From positions 14,145,045 to 14,209,044 of the forward strand of contig NC_092680.1 in the NCBI RefSeq assembly GCF_964355755.1: 64,000 nt of DNA. The letters are read 5' to 3'. Positions 52,953 through 64,000 of this stretch are shown piece after piece (the first letter of the stretch is position 1; each line of letters begins with the position of its first letter). The notes under the pieces are model-generated. The model searched no databases. It saw only the letters and a program-made list of their open reading frames with translations, and was not told the origin of the DNA. A program made the position numbers and the translations under genes. This stretch comes from Antedon mediterranea. Taxonomy: Eukaryota; Animalia; Echinodermata.

Positions 52953-53864
52953 ATGGCGCTAGTTCCGTTTCGCACCTGTCGTTTATTTCGACTCAAAATT
53001 GGTTAAGTAACTTTATTGTGAGTACCACACCTTAGAATTAGGCCTCAAAAATACTTTTACGAAGGAGATCACACAAAAAGTAAAAAATAAATCCTTTAAA
53101 TTGATGAATTTACAGACGTGTTTCTCGCACATCGGTTCGTGAATTTCGCATACTCCATGTTCAATGTTGTTGTTTCTATGGAGCGCCAAAAGAGCAATCA
53201 TAATAGAGGGCTAAAAACTCAGTAAATTTCGTGTATTTAATGCATTTATTGGTGAAAATTACGTTCAATTTTATCATATTTTGTCAATGTCAATGCAACA
53301 AAAATATTACTGTTGATACTGTACATGGTTTTTGCAGGAGCTTTTGAATGAATGAAAATCGACAAATTCATCATCATATTACAGACATGTACTGTAGTGT
53401 AGGGGTATACCTTAATCTAAATAATATGCCTCTTAGTCTTACTCTTAGGCCTAGGGTTGGTTGCTATTTGAAAACAGCAAATTATTAGCAGTAAAATGTT
53501 ACAGCATTTTTATTGACAAAATATATTAAAATTAAACGTGTATTTCAATAATAAATGCATTAAAATAAAAGAAGACGCATTCCACTGAGGTTTTAACCAT
53601 CTATTGTTGTTGCTCTTTTGGCGCTCCATAGAAACGAAAATATTGAACTTCGAGTATGTTAAATTCGCGGCGAACGGTATGCGAGAAACATGTCTGTAAA
53701 ATCATCAATTTAAGGATTTATTTGTTACTTTTTATGTGATTCTTCTTCATAAAAGTACTTGTGAGGCCCAATTTTAAGGTGTGGTATTCACAATAAGTTG
53801 CTTAACAATTTGGAGTCAAAAGGAAGTCGAAATAAAAACAGGTGCGAAACGGAACTAGCGCCAT
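52953..53864. mobile_element. Foldback/MITE-like element with ~255-bp imperfect inverted repeats
   Basis: atggcgctagttccgtttcgcacctgt..ggagcgccaaaagagcaa (52953-53208) mirrored at ~53600-53864. Confidence 0.8.
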
Positions 53865-54833
53865 ACTAATTTGCTTTCTGTTCAGACTAGGAGGCCTAAT
53901 TAGTATAATTATTGAAGTCTCTCTAGCCTAGGCTAGTCCTGTTAGTTAGGCTACCTCTATAGGCCTACTAGTACTACTAGCCTAGGCCTAGTCCATTTTT
54001 TATTGTCCACTAATAATGAAATGTGAAATTTATTCAGCAACAAATAATTTAATTTGTAAAATAAATCACCCAACCCACACGTTCTTTTACAAAAATAAAA
54101 AATACCCCATAATACTCTAATAGTGATAAAGTTTTATTTTTTTAAATGCATTGGTGTTCAATGTAATTTTTTTTTTCTTTGGACTTTATTTTGTTTTGTT
54201 AACAGTAATAATAAAAATCAACTTTATCAATTTAATATTGAAAAAGACATCACAGTTCAGCACTTCATTTCGTAATTTTAGGTCCTCCCCTATTTCAAAA
54301 TCCTGGATCCACATAGCTCAATGACAAATCATCCCAGTCTGAAGTGGATCAACAGCAGCACATCTCATCCATTTATTATATTGTTTAATTAAATGAATCA
54401 ATTGTAATGTTTAATAATAAGAAATAAGACAATAAATCAAGTTTACATACACGCAGTGTACAATCAACACCTTTGTTCTGTATTCAGAACAGTTTATTCA
54501 AAATCTAAATCACATTAAAAAAATAGGGTAGTAACAAAGTGCGAGGCAGCGAGGCACGCGAGGCAGGGAAGGCATGCGAGGCAAGTCAAGCAAGAAAATA
54601 CTTATTTTCATGCTTCTTTGTTTTCTTATTTGATGTTTGGTGTGGATATTCTGTTTGCATTTAACTGTCTGTTTGTGGTGATGTGATTTGTTTGGTGAAA
54701 CTTTGTTTGTGCTGTCTATAAATTGTCAAGTTGGAACTGTACTAAAGCTAGGTCCATTGTTGGTACATATAACATCTCGGATTCGCCGGAAACGTTGCAG
54801 TGGTGGAGAGGCTTGTCCTGACGGAACATTCCA

Positions 54834-57790
54834 GTGATCCTCATTTGCATAACAATGTGTTTCAGTAGAGAGCGTATCGCTGGCTATAAGTATTCCGACG
54901 CTAAACTAAGCAAGGATGTATTCGTTTCTCTTAAAGAGCTGGGAATTCTAGCCACCCACCATCGCGGTTGTCGTGGAGGTAGATTCATACAGAGAGTAAT
55001 ACCAGTTAGGATATCCTCAAGACATAACCATAGGCAGTGTGGAAAAGGTTCCAGTGGATGTAACCCCCCTAACAACCTTGTTCATCTCGCTCAACAATAT
55101 ACTGGGTGGAATTTTCCTTCGTTTTTTAGTACTAATGCTCTATCGCTACCAAACAAAATGGACGAACTTGTCCATAGAGTTAAACAATCTGCCTACGACA
55201 TCATTACAATTACGGAAACTCACCTCAAACCATTTATTTTAAATACGATTGTGGAAATTGAAGGCTACTTTCTTATTAGATCAGATAGACCATGCGATAG
55301 AAGAGGCGGAGGAGTAGTCGTATATGTGAAAGACTCAATTCCTTATAAAGTTTGGTCAGAAATTAAGGATGAAGCATTCGAGAGTATATGGATAACCATT
55401 CGTCCCAAACGCTTGCCACGCAAAATCGCGAATATAACCATAGGATTGATCTACCACCCTCCAAATTCAAATGATTTAGAAATGTGCAACCATATTATTC
55501 ACAGTCTTGATTATGTGTGCTCAAAGCACCCGGAAACCGGCATCGTGATTACTGGTGATTTTAACCGCATGAAGGACTATAAATTGGTAAAGTTCCCGCT
55601 AAAGCAACTAGTTAAAATACCCACAAGAAAGGAAGCGATTCTCGATTTGTTTTATACGTCATTGGGAGAGTTTTATTTGGCCCCTATCACCGAGCCTCCT
55701 CTTGGCCTTTCGGACCATAGGGTAGTTATCTGCAAGCCGGTCGCAAATGTGAAACTTGATCACTACTACACTAACAAGAGCCTTAAGAGGTTGTTAACAC
55801 AGAACAATAAACTTTTGTTTTTTGAGGACATTTGTAGTATTAGATGGCATGATATGTATAAGTTAAATGATTGTTATAGTCAATTTAAGTTTTTTAATGA
55901 TAAGTTACAATCTTTATATAACCATCATTTTCCCCTTGTTCCCTTAACACAGTAGCCTATGTGATGGATAAACCCTGGGTTACTTCCAAATATAAGAATC
56001 TTATTCGTAAACGTCAAATTGCTTTTAAGGAAGGAATTCTTATTGAGTTCCGCTCACTGAGAAACAAAGTTAACCGGATGTCAAAATCCCTACGTAAATC
56101 TTTTTACAAAAAAAATGTAGCTAAGCTCTTGAATTTGGATTCCCGATCCTGGTGGAAGCACACCAAAAGGTTTCTCAATCTAGGATGCAAAGAAAATCAT
56201 GCACTTGTAGGAATGTCAAATTTGCTGTGTAACGGCAATAATACCTTGCTTTCAAATAAAATTAATCAATTTTTTGCCTCATTGACCACGGAATTTAACC
56301 CCCTCCCTCCCCTAGATCCACTATTAGATATTGATGAAATCCCTAGTCACCTTATCATAGAGCTGGAAACTGTCAGGATTAAACTTAATCAAATTAAATG
56401 TAATAAAGCCCCTGGTCCAGATGACCTTCCCCCCTGGGTGTTTAAAGAGGGTGCTGAGATTCTTGGTCCTTTATGTGCTATTGCTAACTCAAGTGTTAGA
56501 AACGGATGGGTTCCCCAAGAATGGAAACAAGCCAATATTGTCCCAATCCCAAAAGTGTTTCCCCCAAAGTTGGTCGAAAGTGATCTCCGCCCAATAGCTT
56601 TAACTCCTATAATGGCAAAGGTAATTGAGAGCCTAGTGGGCGAAATGATCTGGCACCAAGTTAAGGATAAGATAAACCTAAACTAATTTGGTTGTTGTAA
56701 AGGTGTTTCTACGGTTGACGCCTTAATTGAATTCTTTAATGTTTGTTTCCTTGCCACTGATGCGGGCGAAGAGGTTAGAGTTTTATTATTGGATTTTAAA
56801 AAGGCCTACGATTTGATCGACCACAAAATTCTATTAAACAAACTCATTGCGCTGGGGGTTGATAGTCACCTGATCCGATGGGTTAATGCCTTCCTGTATA
56901 ACCGACAACAACGTGTTAAAATTGGTGATAGTCTTTCTGAATGGCTATCGCCAAACGGAGGCATACCCCAGGGGTCGTGGATTGGCCCTATTATGTTTAT
57001 TATTTTTATCAATGACCTTTTAAATGGTAAACCATGTGTTAAATTTATGGATGATACTACTGTATTCGAAAGGGTGTCTAAACTGTCCAATAGTAATTAA
57101 CTTGCAAAATATAGCTAACTCGGCCCTTGCATGGACTCGGCTTAACCATATGACCCTCAATGCTAAAAAAACATGTGAATTAATTGTGAGTTGTAAGAAA
57201 AACAAGTTGATATTTAATCCTCTAATTATTAATAAATGTATAGTGTTAACCAGGTTTGCCGTACTAAGCTCCTTGGGATTATTATATGTGACAATTTATC
57301 ATGGCAACCCCATATTGATTCTTTGATAGCTAAATCAAACTCACGGTTATATTTATATTTCATTATTTTTATATTTCAATTGCGCCGGTCCGGTCTAGAC
57401 GCCCAAGCCTTATGCTATTTCTATTGTTGTGTTATCAGACCTGTACTAGAATACGCCGTCCCCGTTTGGGGAACGTGCTTAACTAAATTGCAGTCTGACC
57501 AACTGGAAAGTATCCAACGAAGGGCGCTTAGAATCACGTTCCCAGAGCTCAGTTACAACAAAGCAATGGCTCAATGTAATGTGCCTGTGCTATGTGAACG
57601 TCGAACTAGACTGTGCAAGGATTACTATCAGAAACTTAAAAACCCTTCCCATAGACTACATCACCTTCTGCCAAAAGCGCCTAAATCTAGATACAATTTA
57701 AGACAAGTTAAAGAATTTTGCATTCCAAAAATAAAAACGGAACGATCAAAAAATTTTATTGTAAACTTTGGTCTCTTTCACAAGTGGTAA
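54834..57790 (+). pseudogene. Decayed CR1-group LINE (Daphne/Rex-Babar-like) ORF: AP endonuclease and RT
   Basis: HRGCRGG, ITETHL, RGGGVVVY, YHPP, GDFN, SDH, KAPGPD, LRPIALT, DFKKAYD, GIPQGS, FMDD, LESIQRRALR, RLHHLLP; stops at ~55953 and ~56684, frameshifts near 57095 and 57240. Clade assignment tentative. Confidence 0.9.
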
Positions 57791-57870
57791 GCATACATAT
57801 ATATCCCTGCACAGTCGCTTCGTTCCCTGACTTGACTTCAGTTTGTCTGTTCTTCGATGTTTTTGTGTTA

Positions 57871-60800
57871 TTAGTTATCCGCTTGGTATACCAAGCGGAT
57901 AACTCCTTGTTATTGTATGAGATCAACATTTTTGGTTATCCGCAACTAGTAAGTTGCGGATAACCCTTGTTATTGTAAATATCTTTTTTCTTCATCTTTA
58001 TTAGTTATCCGCATTGAGCGGATAACTCCTTGTAATCGTCCTGGATCTTTTTCTGCTTCTTTCTTTCTCCCCCATTTTTGTGCAGAACGTATCTCAAAAA
58101 CTTGTAAACATAACATTTCATAACTTTATCAACATATGGGCATTTACGTGAAGTTGTGCACCTCCTATTTTGGAATGACGTCAGAGTTGCGCAACATGAC
58201 TTACGCGCGATTTTATGATTTTTTATGATTGATCATAGACTAAAAACCAAGCATAATTTTGTTTTGACACTTTGTGAAAATTTAAGTCATATCAGGGGCA
58301 AACTTTTTGTGGATTAAAAATGGCACGTTTTACAAGAAGTTACGCGCGCACGCGTATTTAAAATTTCAAATTGCGCAAAATTAATTTCTAATCAACTTTT
58401 TACGCGATTCATGACATTTTGCGCATGTAAAAAATTCCCACGGGCGCGCAAATTTTTACGCGCGCGGTGGCGAACGTAGCGCTAAAACATCCTTTTTTTG
58501 CGTGAATTATGTTTTATAAGCCTTTTATAGTAATTTGACCAATTTTTATACAATTTCTACTTAAAATTACGTCATACGAGCACGTCGAATTGTTCAATTT
58601 GCACGCCTTTTTAATGAAAAAGTTCAACAATTTGTCAAAATTATGCCTTTTTTTAAACAGTCATAGATTCTAAACTACGAGGTAAACCTTTTTTTAATTA
58701 CATATTCTGGAAGTTGATGAGTTGTAGATATCGGATCATGAATCAATATGGCTAACCGGACATTGTGATGTCATCGTATGGCCACACGAATGTAAAATAT
58801 AGGATTTTTGTCTCTTTCGTTATTGCTCATCACATTCAACAGAGCGCATCTCGCTTATACGTATTCCATTTCCCCCGAGATTTTAATATTGTCTCCGTCT
58901 ATCAACTATCTTTCGCATGAGTTAAATATATTTTAATTTTTCTAACGTCATCATGTCTAAAAATGTAAATAACGTGGGTCACATATTTTCATCTTTACAT
59001 TAAATTTCAATCTGTTATAGCTCGTCAGAATAAAAAGTGATAATCATGATTACAACGTTTTCTGGAAGCTATTGGATTGTAGATACGAATTCATGTAAAC
59101 ATTTTGCCAATCGGATGTTCTGACGTCATCATATGGCCAGTTGAATAAAAAAAGTCGTATTTTCATATTTTACGTAATAGTTCATCACATTTAAAAGGGC
59201 GCGCATCTATATTTTACGTATTCAAATTTCTTCTACACTTGAATATGTTGTTCCTGAGATAATTTCCTTCCGAAATTGCTATCTAAGTGTTTCATTTTGA
59301 TACCGTCGCCATGTTAAAAATTTGAATAAATGGCGGGTCCCGTAATTTCACCTATTCTACACTGTATGTAATATGTATACAGATTATACTGTAGTGTTTG
59401 CATGTATATACTATATGACACAAAATTGACAGAATTCAGCACTAACAGCATATCATATTCTTCAGTTCTTGTCATAATGCCATAATCTTTATCTGTGTGC
59501 AATATTCCAACGTATGACGTGCACGTGGCGTTTGTCGTGGTGCGGATAACTAACTCGTCAAAGTGACGAGTTTCATGTCTAGTTCTTCTTTCTTTCCCGG
59601 ATTTTTGTGCGTCGCATATCTCTCATCCTTGTCAACATAAGATTGTATAACTTTGTCAAAAGATTGACCTGTAGCTGTAGATGTGCAAGAAACTTCGTTA
59701 TATGACTTTAGAGTCGCGCAGCGTGAGTTACGCGCGATTTTATGAATTTCAATGATTGGTCATAGATTATAAACCAAAAGTAATTTTATATTGAAACTTG
59801 GTGAAAATTTAAGTTAAATTAAGGGCAAACTTTCTATGGATTAAAAATGACATGTTTCACAAGAAGTTACGCGCGCACGCGCATTTAAAAATTTAAAATG
59901 CGCAAAATTAATTTCTAATCAACTTTCTACGCTGATCATGACATTTTGAGCATGTCAAAAATTCCCACGCGCGCGAAAAAAATTACGCGTAAGGTGCGCA
60001 CGGAGCATGAAAATCATGTGTTTTTCTCTTGAATTATAATTTTACAGTCTTTCCTAGTTATTTTAAAAAAGATTGACATCATTTCAAATTAAAATGACGT
60101 CATACGAACACGTTGATTTACACCATTTGCGTGCGTTTTAGTTGCAAAAGTGACAACATATTGTCAAAATTAAGCCTATTTTTAATCTATTATAGCTCCT
60201 CAGGATCATCCACGACCCCCAATTTTTTTAATTTAATATGTAAGCAGATATGTTGTAGATATGAATTCATGCCGAACCTTTACCACTCGAATGTTATGAC
60301 GTCATCGTATGGCCACACGAATGTAAAATATAGGATTTTTTACTCTTTCGTTATTGCTCATCACATTCAACAAACCGCATCTCGCTTATACGTATTCCAT
60401 TTCCCCCGAAATTGTAATATTGTCTACGTCAATCAACTATCTTTCGCATGAATTAAAAATATTTTAATTTTTATGACATCATCATGTCTAAAAACGTAAA
60501 TAACTTGGGTCACTTATTTTCATCTTTACAGTAAATATCAATCTGTTATAGCTCGTCAGATTAAAAAGTAATAATCATGATTAAAACGTTTTCTGGAAGC
60601 TATTGGATTGTAGATATGAATTGATGTGAATATTTTGCCAATCAGATGTTGTGACGTCATCATATGGCCAGTTGAATTAAAAAAGTCATATTTTCATCTC
60701 TTGCGTCAAAGTTCATTGCGTTTAAACGAGAGCGCATCTCACTTTTACGTTCCCAAAATTCTTCAAATTTGTTTTAATGTAATTATTTAGATAATTATCT

Positions 60801-63800
60801 TCTAAAGTGGTTATCTTTATATGTCAATTTGATGATGTCATCGTGTTAATAATTGGATTTTAAAGATGGGTCTCGTAATTCCGTCTATGCTACACTGTAT
60901 ATAACATATATACAGTTTATTCTGTAAAATACTGTAATATGGTGTATGCTACATAATAGGTACAATTCAGCACTGTAAACATTTTTATTTCATGTCAAAG
61001 GATGGCATAATAATTGTCGAGGTTCATAATTAGTTTAAAGTACGTGCATGTTGCGTATGCGCGGATAACCCGAACTCGTCAAAGTGACGAGTTCAAATCT
61101 AGTTTTTCTGTATTATTAGTTATCCGCTTAGTAGCGGATAACTCCTTGTAATCGTCCTGTTACTTTTTTTTTTTTTTTTTCTTATTTCTTTCTCCCTCAT
61201 TTTTGTGCCTCACGTATCTCAAAAACTTGTAAACATAACATTTCATAACTTTGTCAACATATGGGCATTTACGTGAAGTTGTGCACCTCCTATTTTTGAA
61301 CGACGTCAGAGTTGCGCAACGTGACTTACGTGCGATTTTATGATTTTTTATGATTGATCATAGGCTAAAAACCAAGCATAATTTTGTTTTGACACTTTCT
61401 GAAAATTTAAGTCATATCAAGGGCAAACTTTTTGTGGATTAAAAATGCCATATTTTACAAGACGTTACGCGCGCACGCGCATTTCTCCTTTATTTTTGTG
61501 TCTCGCTTATGTAAAATATGTGTAAACATAACATTTTATAACTTTGTCAACATATGGGCATTCACGTGAAGTTGTGCACCTACTATTGTGAATGACGTCA
61601 GAAATGCGTAACGTGACTTACGCGTGATTTTATGAATTTCCCGTATTTAACATAGATTGAAAACCAAATAACAATTTATGTTGAAACTTAGCAAAAGTTT
61701 AATTTATATCTTGCGCTAACTTTTTGTGCACTAAAATGGCATGTTTTACACGAAGTTACGCGCGCACGCGCATTTAAAATTTAAAATGCGCAAAATTAAT
61801 TTCTAATCAACTTTCTACGCTGATCATGACATTTTGAGCATGTCAAAAATTCCCACGCGCGCGAACAATTTTACACGCGTGGTCCGCACGTAGCGCTAAA
61901 AACATCTTTTTTTGCGTGAATTATGTTTTTCCAGCCTTTTATAGTAATTTTACCAAATTTTAAAACAATTTAGACTTAAAATTACGTCATACGAGCACGT
62001 CGAATTGTACAATTTGTGCGTGTTTTTAATGAAAAAATTCAAAAATTCGTCAAAATTATGACTTTTTAAACAATCATAGATTCTAAACTACGAGGTAAAC
62101 TTTTTTTTACTTACATATTCTGGAAGGTGATGAGTTGTAGATATCGGATCATTAATCAATATGGCTAACCGGACATTGTGACATCATCGTATGGCCACAC
62201 GAATGTAAAATATCGGATTTTTTACTCTTTCGTTATTGCTCATCACATTAAATGGAGCGCATCACGCTTATCTGTATTCCTTTTTCTCCGAGATTTTAAT
62301 AGTGTCTAGGTCAATCAACTATCTTATGCACGAGTTAAAAATATTTAATTTTTATAACATCATCATGCCTAAAAATTTAAATTACGTGTATACAGATTAT
62401 ACTGTGTACTTTAAAATGTATATACAATATGACAAAAAAATAGACAGCATTTAGCACTAACAACATATCATATTCTTCAGTTCAGGTCATAATACCATAA
62501 TCTTTTTCTGTGTGCAACATTCCAACGTATGACGTGCACGTGGCGTTTGACGAGCGGATAACTAACTCGTCAAAGTGACGAGTTTCATGTCTAGTTCTTC
62601 TTTCCTTCCTTCCTTTTTGTGAGTCGCGTTTCTCTAAAATGTGTAAACATAACATTTCATAACTTTGACAACATATGGGCATTTACGTGAAGTTGTGCAC
62701 CTCCTATTTTTGAATGACGTCATAGTTGCGCAACGTGACTTACGCGCAATTTTATGAATTTCAATGATTGATCATAGATTAAAAACCAAAAGTCATTTAG
62801 TATTGACACTTTGACAAAATTTAAGTCATATCAGGGGCAAACTTTCTACGGATTAAAAATGGCATGTTTCACAAGAAGTTACGCGCGCACGCGCATTTAA
62901 AATTTCAAAATGCGCAAAATTAATTTCTAATCAACTTTTTACGCGTTTCATGTCATTTTGAGCATGTCAAAAATTCCCACGGGCGCGCAATTTTTTACGC
63001 ACGCGGTGCGCATGTAGCGATAAAAACATATTTTTTTCTCTTGAATTATATTTTTCAAGCCTTTCCTAGTAATTTTGAAAACAATTTAGAACTTTTCCAG
63101 TTTAAATAACGCCATACGAACACGTTGAATTAGACAATTTGTGCGCGTTTTTTATGAAAAAGCTTAAAAAATCATCAAAATAATGTCTTTTTTTAAACAG
63201 TCATAGTTTCTAAAGTAAACCGTGAACCGTTTATTTTTATAACAAAATCTAGAAGTTGATGAGTTGCAGATATCGGATCATGCATCGATAAGGCTAAAAA
63301 AACATTGTGACGTAATCGTATGGCCACACGAATGTAAAATATAGGATTTTTGTCTGTTTCGTTATTGCTCATCACATTCAATGGAGCGCATCACGCTTAT
63401 CTGTATTCCTTTTTCTCCTATATTTATATATTGTCTAGGTCAATCAACTTTCTTTAGCATGAGATAAAAATATTTTAATTTTTATAACGTCATCATGCCT
63501 AAAAATTTTAATTACGTGGGTCATTAATTTCATCTTTACAGTCAATTTTAATCTGTAATAGCTCGTAAGAATAAAATGTGATAATCACGATTAAAACGTT
63601 TTCTGGAAGCTATAGGATTGTAGATACGAATTCATGTAAACATTTTGCCAATCGGATGTTGTGACGTCATCACATTGCCAGTTGAATAAAAAAAGTCGTA
63701 TTTTCATATTTTGCGTAATAGTTCATCACATTTAAATGTGCGCGCACCAACATTTTACGTATTCAAATTTCTTCTACACGTTAATATGTTGTTGCTAAGA

Positions 63801-64000
63801 TAATTTTCTTCAGAAATTGCTATCGTTGTGTTGTTTTTTTTATGACGTCATCATGTTAAATATTTGAATTAAAGGCAGGTCCCATAATTCAGTTAATATG
63901 TCATATAATAATACAGTAGTACAATGTACACCAGCATAGTCACTGATGTGAGCAAATTGTTGTTTGCTGCCCTCTGTATCATGTAGAATTAATGTCTCCT
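57871..64000 (+). repeat. Tandem/nested array of ~1.5-kb HINEs
   Basis: 5' palindromes (a/g)gttatccgc..gcggataac at ~57871, 57933, 58001, 61116; 3' ends gcggataac..aactcgtcaaagtgacgagtt..ctag at 59582, 61102, 62594; fourth unit runs towards the window end. Confidence 0.85.

Overview
AT-rich eukaryotic (metazoan, probably invertebrate) genomic DNA with spliceosomal introns, dominated by nested transposons. (1) 971-11440: a 10.5-kb TIR DNA transposon with TATGG..CCATA ends and a 6-bp TSD (IS3EU-like), carrying two convergent decayed intron-containing genes, a DDE integrase-type transposase (-) and a gene ending in a HECT E3-ligase remnant (+); it sits inside an old non-autonomous Helitron. (2) 18147-19558: a small spliced gene, missed by the ORF track, for a type I membrane protein (signal peptide, one 4-Cys sushi/CCP-like module, TM helix, cytoplasmic tail with Tyr motifs). 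(3) 19625-45466: a 26-kb tandem array in which a 108-bp symmetric phase-2 exon of that gene (36 aa, one HAYEKF Tyr motif) occurs 8 times, each repeat junction falling exactly at the CTAG 3' end of a Helentron-type non-autonomous element (HINE); five units also hold a nested 1.3-kb TC..CTAG Helitron. (4) 45464-64000: nested HINEs, a 5'-truncated L1/Tx1-type LINE with TSD, a foldback element, a decayed CR1-group LINE and a second HINE tandem array. All family assignments are from motif recognition by eye; no database search was run.
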